A stretch of DNA of 64,000 nucleotides from Patescibacteria group bacterium (GTDB lineage Bacteria > Patescibacteriota > Patescibacteriia > Patescibacteriales > UBA12465), in contig JBAZJK010000001.1 of the NCBI GenBank assembly GCA_041651355.1, positions 229,883 to 293,882 of the forward strand, read 5' to 3'. Below are positions 25,941 through 36,484 of this stretch, in pieces; position 1 is the first letter of the stretch; each line of letters begins with the position of its first letter. Both the position numbers and the translations under genes were made by a program. The notes beneath the pieces were generated by a model. That model had not been told where the DNA came from, did not search any database, and saw nothing but the letters and a program-made list of their open reading frames with translations.

Positions 25941-27188
25941 ATGTCAAAGAGAATTAAAATAATCTGGTCAACCCTTATCGTCTTAGTTATCATCGCCTTG
26001 TCTTTTGGCGGCGGCTTCTATTTCGGGCAGAAACGGCAATCGAGCGCTTTCAGCCGTCTTTTGAGCCGGCCTTTGGCCTATTCGGAAAGCTTAACTGGCA
26101 GAGGCGCTAAAAATGCCAGCTTATCTGGCGAGGTTGACTTTGATCTCTATTGGGAAGTTTGGCAGAATCTTAAGGTTAATTTCGTAGATAAGAATAAGAT
26201 TAAGGATAAGGAGATGTTCTATGGCTCTTTACAGGGCCTAGCGGCTTCTTTAGGCGACCCCTATACCCTATTCATGGATCCTAAGACTTTTAAAGAATTC
26301 AATGACGATTTAGCCGGTACTTTTGAAGGCATTGGCGCTGAAGTCGGCATGCGTAATGAAATGGTGACGATTATCGCGCCGCTGGAAGGCTTGCCAGCCG
26401 CTAAAGCTGGTTTGCGCGCTGGAGACAAAGTGTTAGCCATCGACGGCCAAACCGCTTTAGGACTAAGCGTCGACGAGGCGGTAAAGAAGATTCGCGGCCC
26501 CAAAGGAACCAAGGTGACTTTGACGATTTTGCGAGGGAAGAGCGATAAGTCGCAAGATATCGTGGTTACCCGGGATGTCATAGTCGTGAAGAGCGTTAAG
26601 ACGGGAATGAGGAAGGATGGAATTTATGTTATCAAGATAAGTAATTTTAATAACGATACCGAAGGCTTATTCGAGGCGGCTGTCCAAGATGTCCTCCTCA
26701 AGAACCCGAAAGGGATAATCTTGGATTTGCGCAATAACCCCGGTGGCTACCTGGAAACCTCTATCAAGATTGCGAGCGAGTGGATCAAGGAAGGGGTGGT
26801 CGTGGCTGAACAATTCAATGATAATCGGCGCAATGAGAGTTTCGCGGATGGCCAGGCTCGCTTGGCTAATTTCCCGACTGTCGTCTTGGTTAATGGCGGC
26901 AGTGCTTCTGCCTCAGAAATCGTGGCCGGGGCTTTGCGTGACTACAAGAAAGCTACTATCGTGGGAGAAAACACTTTTGGTAAGGGCTCGGTTCAGACGC
27001 TAAAAGACCTAAGCGATGGCTCAGCTTTGAAGGTAACGATCGCTAAATGGCTGACTCCGGCTGGGGATGCAATCGATGAGAAGGGAATCAAACCGAATGT
27101 CGAGGTCAAGATTAGCCAGGAGAATATAGATAAGAATATCGACTTGCAGATGGATAAGGCGCTGCAGATCCTGAAAGCGAAAAAATAA
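25941..27188 (+). CDS. ctpA: S41 carboxy-terminal processing protease with PDZ domain
   Basis: 415 aa with an N-terminal TM helix, a PDZ domain (GLRAGDKVLAIDG) and S41 motifs (DLRNNPGG, GGSASASEI). Confidence 0.9.
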   Translation: MSKRIKIIWSTLIVLVIIALSFGGGFYFGQKRQSSAFSRLLSRPLAYSESLTGRGAKNASLSGEVDFDLYWEVWQNLKVNFVDKNKIKDKEMFYGSLQGLAASLGDPYTLFMDPKTFKEFNDDLAGTFEGIGAEVGMRNEMVTIIAPLEGLPAAKAGLRAGDKVLAIDGQTALGLSVDEAVKKIRGPKGTKVTLTILRGKSDKSQDIVVTRDVIVVKSVKTGMRKDGIYVIKISNFNNDTEGLFEAAVQDVLLKNPKGIILDLRNNPGGYLETSIKIASEWIKEGVVVAEQFNDNRRNESFADGQARLANFPTVVLVNGGSASASEIVAGALRDYKKATIVGENTFGKGSVQTLKDLSDGSALKVTIAKWLTPAGDAIDEKGIKPNVEVKISQENIDKNIDLQMDKALQILKAKK

Positions 27189-27244
27189 AAAAGCAGCTCC
27201 TGGGTAGAGAAGCCGCTCTTTATGGCTGTTTCTTTTGGGGGATT

Positions 27245-27520
27245 TTAATAGTATTCGTTGAGGAAATTTTCCCTCATCGCCTCCTCGGTGGGAGAATCGT
27301 GAACCTGATGGATCTTTATTTGCTCATGTATCTCCTTAATATCGAAAGGTGATACGTCGATGAGAATGTCATTATGACCAAGGATCCTTTCCGCCCAGTC
27401 ATATTCATCGGCATTAAAGAGGTCATCAGCGAATTCTTCGCTGCCTTGGCCGGATGCGACCAAGTCCCCGTCGTCATTAAATAGGCAGATAATTCCGCCG
27501 TCATTTACTAATCGAGCCAT
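27245..27520 (-). CDS. Small acidic hypothetical protein
   Basis: 91-aa ORF with an ATG start. It is Asp/Glu-rich and has no recognised family. Confidence 0.45.
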   Translation of the reverse strand: MARLVNDGGIICLFNDDGDLVASGQGSEEFADDLFNADEYDWAERILGHNDILIDVSPFDIKEIHEQIKIHQVHDSPTEEAMRENFLNEYY

Positions 27521-27610
27521 GTTTACATTGTTTTAAATGGTTAGTAAGAACTATTATAATTTTTTTGATAATAAATTTATAACATACTATTATTCTTAAG
27601 TCAAGGGAAT

Positions 27611-29278
<1,668 letters not shown>

Positions 29279-29292
29279 TTTAAGAAAAAAAG

Positions 29293-29320
29293 AAGGCCGT
29301 CTTAATTAGACGGCCTTTTA
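29293..29320. terminator. Bidirectional intrinsic terminator
   Basis: GGCCGTCT-taatt-AGACGGCC stem with A and T tracts on both sides. Confidence 0.75.
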
Positions 29321-29325
29321 TTTTT

Positions 29326-30192
29326 TTATCCCCGAAAATGCTTGATCATTTTTTTCCTTAATTTATTCAAGGATATCCTAATAGCGAAGCTCAGGGCGTG
29401 CAGACCGACGAAGGCGATCAGATAGCCCGAAAGATAATGCTTGCCTCTGATATTTTCTGGATTTTCCATGATGTAGGTCATAAACCAGGAGGCGGTAATG
29501 CCGGCCATGAGCAGGAATTGGTAGAAATGATATGCTGGCCAAACCGTCCTTTCGCGATTATAGATCAGATCCGAGAACTTATAGATAATAAATAACATTA
29601 CGATGGATAAGATCATCCAGAGAAATACAGAGGGCGGTTGGGCGATCAGGGCTATTATCCCAGCAGTGGTCATTATAGCTAAATTAAATAGGTAGGCGAT
29701 AATAAAATCTTTATTCTTTTTGTCTAGGCCGATAAATCCATATAGCAGAATAACTGCGGCCGGAATTATAATCCCTAAGATAGTCCAGAACCAGCAAGCG
29801 CTTTCCTCACCCAGCTGGGATGATTTTTTAGCCGATATTATGTTTGACTGAGTTTGGTGCTCAGTGCTGTTTATAATATAAGCTTTTCTGACTGGCAGGA
29901 TGGAGGTAATGATGGTCTTAGAGCTGGTGTCTTGTTTAATCACGCTTTTTCCTTGGAGAAGCTGTTTATAATCTTCCAGGTTAAGCGGCCGGCAGTCGTT
30001 AGCGATTTGCCATTTGGCCAGAAGCTGTTCGGTGGTGATTGTTAAGGAATCATGATTTTTTAATTCCTGGGTCCTACGGAAGAGGAAAACTTCTTCTCCC
30101 TGTTTTCTGAAGTTGGTGTCAGTCTGGCCAAAAAGCGGCAGACCGGCGCTGAGCATCAAGATGCCAAGCAGGATTGAGGCGATTTTTTTCAT
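29326..30192 (-). CDS. Hypothetical membrane protein with signal peptide
   Basis: From ATG 30192 it reads MKKIASILLGILMLSAGLPLFGQ, then a soluble domain, then about 5 TM helices. The track start at 30270 is a TTG. Confidence 0.55.
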   Translation of the reverse strand: MKKIASILLGILMLSAGLPLFGQTDTNFRKQGEEVFLFRRTQELKNHDSLTITTEQLLAKWQIANDCRPLNLEDYKQLLQGKSVIKQDTSSKTIITSILPVRKAYIINSTEHQTQSNIISAKKSSQLGEESACWFWTILGIIIPAAVILLYGFIGLDKKNKDFIIAYLFNLAIMTTAGIIALIAQPPSVFLWMILSIVMLFIIYKFSDLIYNRERTVWPAYHFYQFLLMAGITASWFMTYIMENPENIRGKHYLSGYLIAFVGLHALSFAIRISLNKLRKKMIKHFRG

Positions 30193-30328
30193 GAGGAATA
30201 TTAATTTGGGGTTGTGAAAAGGACGATTAGTTTGATTATCTACCTTATTATTTATTTGATTATTTGTCAAGTAACAAAAAACCTCTTAAATCAGAGGTTT
30301 TTAGCTTATTTTTTGAAAATCAAAAGCC

Positions 30329-30610
30329 TTATTTAGCTGGGATTATGCTCACCACCTTGCAGCTTTTAGTAGAGCCGTCGTATTTAGTAAACTTCTTGGT
30401 ACTGAATTTAACTATGCCGCTCTTTAAGGCGAACAAGGTGTCATCGCCGCCGCGTTTCACATTCAAACCGACCCGGTATTTAGTACCGCGCTGGCGGATG
30501 ATGATCATCCCGGTCTTGATAGCTTGGCCGTCAGTGATTTTAACGCCGAGGCGCTTACTTTCTGATTCTCGGCCGAGCGAGGTGGAGCCGGCCGCCTTCT
30601 TATGTGCCAT
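30329..30610 (-). CDS. rpmA: 50S ribosomal protein L27
   Basis: 93 aa starting [31 protein letters not shown]-17-TATATT promoter lies upstream in the minus sense. Confidence 0.95.
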   Translation of the reverse strand: MAHKKAAGSTSLGRESESKRLGVKITDGQAIKTGMIIIRQRGTKYRVGLNVKRGGDDTLFALKSGIVKFSTKKFTKYDGSTKSCKVVSIIPAK

Positions 30611-30811
30611 ATTGGTTATAACTTAAAATGCCAGCCGGAAAGCTGCATTCTGAAGTCTGTAAATAATTTTTATATCTTTTGCTAATATAACAAAAGCTCG
30701 GTTTAATGTCAAGATTTGGCTGAGAAAAGCACTTTTTTCATTGCTTATTTGGATACTTTATACTAAGATTAAACAGGAAGGATTTTAAATAATTTGGTTT
30801 GATTTAATAAT

Positions 30812-32464
30812 ATGTCAAAGAAGATTTTAGTGGCCGCCGCCTGGCCTTATGCTAACGGTTCCTTGCATCTAGGGCATGTGGCCGGCCTGATCGGGGCGGA
30901 TATCTTGGCACGCTACTGGCGCTTAGCTGGAGTGGAGGTCCTTTATGTCTCCGGATCCGATTGCCATGGGACTCCAATCAGCGTCGAAGCCGAGAAACAA
31001 GGCTTAGCGCCCAAAGCGATTGCAGAAAAGTATCATCAAGAATTTGTCGCGACCTTGGTCAAAGGCCTTAATTTTTCCTATGACAACTATACTAACACTT
31101 TGACCGACACCCATCAGAGGGTGGTACAGGATCTCTTTCTTCAGCTCTATGAAAAGGGCTTGATTTATAAAAAAAGCCAGAGTTTGCCATATTGCGTGTC
31201 TTGCAATCGTTTTCTACCTGATCGTTATCTGGAAGGCCTTTGTCCGCACTGTAATTTTGATCCGGCTCGAGGCGATCAATGTGATAATTGCGGCAAGATT
31301 TTAGATGCCAAAGAACTTATTAAGCCGCGTTGCAAGATTTGTGGCAGTACGCCGGAGTGGCGGGAGTCTGAACATTTTTTTCTTAAATTATCCGCTTTAG
31401 AAAAGGATTTAGAGAAATGGTTAAATACTAAATCTGGCTGGCGGGGTAATGCTTTGAATTTTTCCAAGAATCTCTTGAGTGGCGGCTTGCCAGATCGGGC
31501 GATTACCCGGGATCTAGATTGGGGAATTGAGCTGCCTTTGCCGGGTTATGAAGGCAAGAGGATCTATGTCTGGTTCGAAGCCGTCTGTGGGTATTTATCT
31601 GCCTCGCATGAATGGGCAGAGAAATCTGACCATCCTGAGGCTTGGAAAGATTTTTGGCAGGCAGAAGATGTTTTCCATTATTATGTCCATGGCAAAGACA
31701 ATATCCCTTTTCATACCATTATCTGGCCGGCCATCCTTTTAGGCCAAGGACAGCTCCACTTGCCCGACATGATTGTCTCTTCGGAATATTTGACTTTAGC
31801 CCATAGACAATTCTCTAAGAGCCGCCATTGGGCGGTCTGGCTACCGGTTTTTTTGAAAAGCTATGACGCCGACACCCTGCGTTATTATTTAGTTATCGCT
31901 GGTCCGGAAACTTCCGATGCGGATTTTTCCTGGCCGGAATTTATGCTGAAGACTAACAATGAGCTTATCAGCACCTTCGGCAATTTCGTGAACCGGGTTT
32001 TGTCTTTAAGCGCGAAGAATTTTCCTGATGGTTTGAATTGGCCGAAATCGCCTAGTCTTTCAGCTCAAGCCCTCTTGGATTTGGCCGATAGAACCAGGGT
32101 GGCCGCTGGCCAGGCGATTGAAAAAGCTAATTTCCGAGAAGGGCTGAAATTGATTTTCCACCTGGTCGATGAGGCTAACGCTTACGTTAATCAAAGTTCG
32201 CCTTGGGTAAGTGTTAAGACTGATCCAGCTCAAGCTGAAGCGGATCTAGCTGTTTTACTCCAAATAGTTAAAGAATTAGCCATTCTCTTGTCCCCGTATC
32301 TGCCGTCAACCGCCCTGAAAATAGCAGCGAGCTTGGGTATATCCCTTAAAGCCTGGGAGAGACCGGAGTTCGCCTTTACCAAAGTCGGTGATTTCGCGCC
32401 TCTTTTCCGTAAGTTGAGCGAGGAAGAAATCGAAGCGGAAGCTGCTAAATTGGGTAATAAATAA
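30812..32464 (+). CDS. metG: Methionyl-tRNA synthetase
   Basis: 550 aa with a HIGH-type motif (ANGSLHLGH), a Zn knuckle (CPHC...CDNCG...CKICG) and the KMSKS variant QFSKS. Confidence 0.95.
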   Translation: MSKKILVAAAWPYANGSLHLGHVAGLIGADILARYWRLAGVEVLYVSGSDCHGTPISVEAEKQGLAPKAIAEKYHQEFVATLVKGLNFSYDNYTNTLTDTHQRVVQDLFLQLYEKGLIYKKSQSLPYCVSCNRFLPDRYLEGLCPHCNFDPARGDQCDNCGKILDAKELIKPRCKICGSTPEWRESEHFFLKLSALEKDLEKWLNTKSGWRGNALNFSKNLLSGGLPDRAITRDLDWGIELPLPGYEGKRIYVWFEAVCGYLSASHEWAEKSDHPEAWKDFWQAEDVFHYYVHGKDNIPFHTIIWPAILLGQGQLHLPDMIVSSEYLTLAHRQFSKSRHWAVWLPVFLKSYDADTLRYYLVIAGPETSDADFSWPEFMLKTNNELISTFGNFVNRVLSLSAKNFPDGLNWPKSPSLSAQALLDLADRTRVAAGQAIEKANFREGLKLIFHLVDEANAYVNQSSPWVSVKTDPAQAEADLAVLLQIVKELAILLSPYLPSTALKIAASLGISLKAWERPEFAFTKVGDFAPLFRKLSEEEIEAEAAKLGNK

Positions 32465-32474
32465 TCATAAAAAT

Positions 32475-33161
32475 ATGGTTTCACGCTTATCTAAGATGAA
32501 GAATCACAAGTCTTTCCGGCCGCTCCTGATCTTTTTCTTGCTTCTAGTTATCATCGTGTTAGCCATCTGGCTTAGAGCTAGGACTAATAGTTCTCAACCT
32601 TTGGATTTAAATTATCAGCCCAAGGCCCTGGAAACCAAAGCTGATTATGTCGCTAAAGATATCAAGGAAGAGAAAGTATATGCCTTACCCTCTGGCCATG
32701 ACAGTTTCAATGACCTTTTCTTCTTTACTAGCCCGGACGGACAGAAGATCGCCTATGCTATTAGCAAGGATCAGGGTTGGGCGGTAGTTGTTAACGGCCA
32801 GGTTGGCGAAGCTTATGATTCCTTATCGCCAGTAGTCTTTTCTCCTGATAGCGAGCACTTCGCCTATACGGCTAAAAAGAACAATCAGGAAGTCATCGTA
32901 GTTGATAATCAAGCTGGCCCCAGTTTTGATTGGACCTTTGAACCCAAGATGTTTACCCCGGACAGTCGCTTTTTTATCTATAGGGCCAAGAAGGACGGCA
33001 AAGATCTGATAATGGTCAATAATTGGGCGAGCCGTTTATATGATGAGATCTATAAAGTTAATGTTTCGCCTGACGGCGGACAGCTATTTTTCTTTGCCCG
33101 CCAAGATAAGGAGCTGTGGCGGATTAGTATCGATTTGGATAAGAGCAAGGAGTTAAAATAG
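32475..33161 (+). CDS. Membrane-anchored protein with PD40/TolB-like beta-propeller repeats
   Basis: 228 aa with an N-terminal TM helix. A repeated (F/V)(S/T)PD(G/S)xx(F/I)xY motif occurs four times. Confidence 0.55.
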   Translation: MVSRLSKMKNHKSFRPLLIFFLLLVIIVLAIWLRARTNSSQPLDLNYQPKALETKADYVAKDIKEEKVYALPSGHDSFNDLFFFTSPDGQKIAYAISKDQGWAVVVNGQVGEAYDSLSPVVFSPDSEHFAYTAKKNNQEVIVVDNQAGPSFDWTFEPKMFTPDSRFFIYRAKKDGKDLIMVNNWASRLYDEIYKVNVSPDGGQLFFFARQDKELWRISIDLDKSKELK

Positions 33162-33165
33162 AGCT

Positions 33166-33885
33166 ATGTCTCAGCGTTTAGATTTACTAAAAAAGAAAGC
33201 TAGAGCCGCGGTTCTGCCCGCTAAGACCCAGATCTTGCAGCGTTTTTTTAAGACCGCTCCGGGCGAATACGGGGCTGGAGATAAGTTTTTGGGCCTTATG
33301 GTGCCAGCTGCTCGGAAGATCGCTAAAGAATTTAAAGATTTACCCCTTAAGGATATCAGCCGTTTGATTAAGGACCCCTATCATGAATTAAGACTGATTG
33401 CTCTCTTGATCCTCGTGGAAAACTACCAAACAGCTAAGGACCAGCTCAGCCGGAAGCAGATCCTTGATTTCTATTTGCAAAATACTAGATATATTAACAA
33501 CTGGGATTTAGTCGATTTGTCGGTCTATAAGATTTTGGGTGATTATCTACTCCTTTATCCCCGAGAAAAAAAGCTTTTAGTGAAATTAGCCAACTCGAGG
33601 AGTCTGTGGGAAAAACGGATGGCTATGGTTGCCACCCTTGCTTTTATAAAAGCTGGTTTTAGCCAGGAAACGCTTAAGATCGCTAAGATCTTAGTTTATG
33701 ACCAGCATGACCTGATCCAGAAGGCTGTCGGCTGGATGCTTAGAGAGATGGGTAAACGCTTGGGAGAAAGGGAATTGAAGGCTTTTTTGGATCATTATTA
33801 CAGAACGATGCCAAGGACCGCTTTGCGTTATGCGATCGAGAGATTGAAGCCGGCAGAACGCGAGCACTATCTCTATGCCGCTTAG
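33166..33885 (+). CDS. DNA alkylation repair protein (AlkD/AlkC-like HEAT-repeat glycosylase family)
   Basis: 239 aa with FFKTAPGEYGAGDKFLGLMVP...WDLVD...WEKRMA, characteristic of the DNA_alkylation family. Confidence 0.75.
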   Translation: MSQRLDLLKKKARAAVLPAKTQILQRFFKTAPGEYGAGDKFLGLMVPAARKIAKEFKDLPLKDISRLIKDPYHELRLIALLILVENYQTAKDQLSRKQILDFYLQNTRYINNWDLVDLSVYKILGDYLLLYPREKKLLVKLANSRSLWEKRMAMVATLAFIKAGFSQETLKIAKILVYDQHDLIQKAVGWMLREMGKRLGERELKAFLDHYYRTMPRTALRYAIERLKPAEREHYLYAA

Positions 33886-33996
33886 CTTTGACATCAGGGA
33901 AAAATAGGGATAAAAGATAAAGAAGGATAATTTTAATAATATATAGATCTTTAACAATTCATTTTAGTATTAACCATATAAAAAAGGAGGCAAAAA

Positions 33997-35490
33997 ATGG
34001 AGCCAGCACCCGTAACCGGACGAAATCTAACTATGCCGGACACTAACATCCTTTTGCACGACCCCAATGCCATTGATTTCTTGCGCGAAGGCGGCAATGT
34101 TGTCGTCTTAGCCCTAGAAACCATTGTCGAGCTGGACAATTTGAAGCGTAAGCCGGATATCGGCATCGATGCCCGCGAGGCAATCAAGAAAATCGAGAAG
34201 CTCCGCCACAGCGGCGACCCTTCTCTGATCATTGAGTACAACCCTAAGTTCGGGAACTTAAAGATTCCTGATCATGACAAGCCGGACCATAAGATCCTAG
34301 CTACCTTCAACAAGGTGGTGGATAATTTCACTGCCGGCCGCTACCGCAAGGAATACGGCAATTTTGACAAGATCAAATTCATCTCTAATGATGTCACTCT
34401 GCGCCTTTTGGTCCATGAATTAATCGGTGTTAGCCGTCCGAGCTACATCGCGGTCGAAGAGTATCGGCGCGATAAGATCAAAGTAGAAATTAAGCCTGAC
34501 GTCGTCAAAAGGCTCCGAGTCAGTCATTCTGATGTTGCTTCCGACGGCCGAACCTTCTCTTTCCGGGCTAAAGCGAAAAAGGAGATAGCTGATGAGATTT
34601 TGGAAAACGAAGGCGTCGTCTGTCTGAGCAACCATAATCCCTATACCAAACAAGCCGAAGCTGAGTATAAGGAACGTTTTGTAGCCATTAAGAAAGGGGA
34701 TTATTTCCAGATCGTCCATCCCAAGATTGCCGCTAGCGGTATCAGCTCCTTGTCCAATAATGGCAATGGCCCGAATTGGCAGCAGCAGATCGCTTTGGGC
34801 CAGCTGCTGGATCCGACCATTACCTGTAGTTTCTTGCAGGGAGGCGCCGGTACCGGTAAGACTCTTCTGGCCATCGCAGCCGCTTTGGAACAGAGGAAAA
34901 ATTTTCGCCAGATCCTGATTTCCCGGCCGATGGTTTCCTTGGAAGATGAAGATAAGATGGGCTTTTTACCGGGTGGGATCAATAATAAGATGTCGCCCTG
35001 GATGGTCCCGATTATCCAGAATTTGGAGCTGATCGAACTGGTTAATCACCTGAATAAGTCCGCCGTCGTCTCAGCTGAGCCAAATGGTGGCAAGAATGGC
35101 AAAAAGAAGCGGAGTAATAGGGCTAATAACGGCAACAACGAAGAGGATAATAAGCCGCCAGAGGATATTTTTGTCCGTAACAAGATCATCAATGTCCCTC
35201 TGGATTATATCCGTGGCGCCACTTGGTTGGATCGTTTTGTGATTATTGATGAAGCCCAGAATCTGACTACCCACCAAGTCAAGACCATTATTACCCGGGT
35301 AGGGCAGAATTCTAAGATCGTCTTTACCGGCGACCTCGGTCAGATCGACCGCAAGAAGATTCCGGATTTCCGTTCTTCCGGTTTGGCCTATGCCTCACAG
35401 AAGATGAAGGGCAATCCCATGATTTCGGTTGTCAATTTTTCCGAAACGGTCCGTTCCGCCCTCGCTGCTTTCGCCGAGCAAGTTCTTTGA
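33997..35490 (+). CDS. PhoH-family ATPase with N-terminal PIN domain (YlaK-like)
   Basis: 497 aa with a PIN-like N-terminus (DTNILLHDP...), Walker A GGAGTGKT and Walker B VIIDEAQN. An AAGGAGG Shine-Dalgarno sequence lies upstream. Confidence 0.85.
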   Translation: MEPAPVTGRNLTMPDTNILLHDPNAIDFLREGGNVVVLALETIVELDNLKRKPDIGIDAREAIKKIEKLRHSGDPSLIIEYNPKFGNLKIPDHDKPDHKILATFNKVVDNFTAGRYRKEYGNFDKIKFISNDVTLRLLVHELIGVSRPSYIAVEEYRRDKIKVEIKPDVVKRLRVSHSDVASDGRTFSFRAKAKKEIADEILENEGVVCLSNHNPYTKQAEAEYKERFVAIKKGDYFQIVHPKIAASGISSLSNNGNGPNWQQQIALGQLLDPTITCSFLQGGAGTGKTLLAIAAALEQRKNFRQILISRPMVSLEDEDKMGFLPGGINNKMSPWMVPIIQNLELIELVNHLNKSAVVSAEPNGGKNGKKKRSNRANNGNNEEDNKPPEDIFVRNKIINVPLDYIRGATWLDRFVIIDEAQNLTTHQVKTIITRVGQNSKIVFTGDLGQIDRKKIPDFRSSGLAYASQKMKGNPMISVVNFSETVRSALAAFAEQVL

Positions 35491-35625
35491 TTCAAATATG
35501 CCAAGCGCGTTTATAAAAACGCGCTTGTTTTATTAGGGATAATCGATTAAAATAGTATTGCGATTTTCAAAAAGGTGTTATAATATAGGCAAATTTAAAA
35601 GACTAATTTATCTAATTTTATCAAT

Positions 35626-36435
35626 ATGACAGAAGAACACAAACATGCTTGTTGCGGCCATGAATCGGACGGCGGCTCAGGCCAATGCTGTTCCGGACGC
35701 CGCGGCCCTAAATTTTTCATCTTAGCCTTAGCAATCATCTGCTTGGCTGGGATCGTAGTAGTTTCAATTTTGCGCGATCGGATCGTTAGTCAGCAATATC
35801 GCCAGGTGACCGTCACCGGCCAAGGGCGTTTGAGCTATCAGCCCGATATCGCCATCGTGACCTTAGGCGTGCAGATCGACAAAGCCCCTTTAGCCGAAGA
35901 AGCCCTAAATCAGTTAAATGCTAAGGTAAACAGCATCAGTTCGGCTCTTAAGGCCTTAGGCGTCAGTGCGGAGAATATCCAGACGCAGAATTATTCCGTC
36001 ATGCCCCAGTATGACTACAAGGATAATGTCAGCGTTGTCGGCGGCTATAATGCCAACCAGCAGCTGACCGTCAAGATTACTGATTATGACAAGAACCCAG
36101 GCAGCTTGAACCAAGTGATTGCCGCGGCCTCTAAAGCCGGAGCTAATCAGATCCTCAACCTGAGCTTTGATGCTTCCAATCTGAGCGATTTGAAACAACA
36201 GGCCAGGGTTAAGGCGATTGCCGACGCCCGAGAGAAAAGTGGCGCTTTAGCGGCGGCAGCCGGGGTCGAGCTCAAGAATATCGCTAATTGGTGGGAGAAT
36301 TTGATCCAGCCGGTGCCTAGCTACAACTATGGCGGTATGGGCGCGGGTGGCGTCGGTGGGGGCGGCATGCCTCAAGTGCCGAGCGGCTCACGGGAGATTA
36401 TCATCGAGATCGGTGTCACCTATAATATAAAATAA
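35626..36435 (+). CDS. SIMPL/DUF541-family periplasmic protein with Cys/His-rich N-terminus
   Basis: 269 aa with HKHACCGHESDGGSGQCCSG, then a TM helix, then a SIMPL-like domain (VTVTGQGRLSYQPDIA...). The C-terminal region is Gly-rich. Confidence 0.7.
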   Translation: MTEEHKHACCGHESDGGSGQCCSGRRGPKFFILALAIICLAGIVVVSILRDRIVSQQYRQVTVTGQGRLSYQPDIAIVTLGVQIDKAPLAEEALNQLNAKVNSISSALKALGVSAENIQTQNYSVMPQYDYKDNVSVVGGYNANQQLTVKITDYDKNPGSLNQVIAAASKAGANQILNLSFDASNLSDLKQQARVKAIADAREKSGALAAAAGVELKNIANWWENLIQPVPSYNYGGMGAGGVGGGGMPQVPSGSREIIIEIGVTYNIK

Positions 36436-36445
36436 AAAATTTTTT

Positions 36446-36477
36446 AAACTGGCGGGTTTTTAGACGCGCCAGTTTTT
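36446..36477 (+). terminator. Intrinsic terminator
   Basis: ACTGGCG-12nt-CGCCAGT stem followed by TTTTT. Confidence 0.65.
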
Positions 36478-36484
36478 GTCAGTT

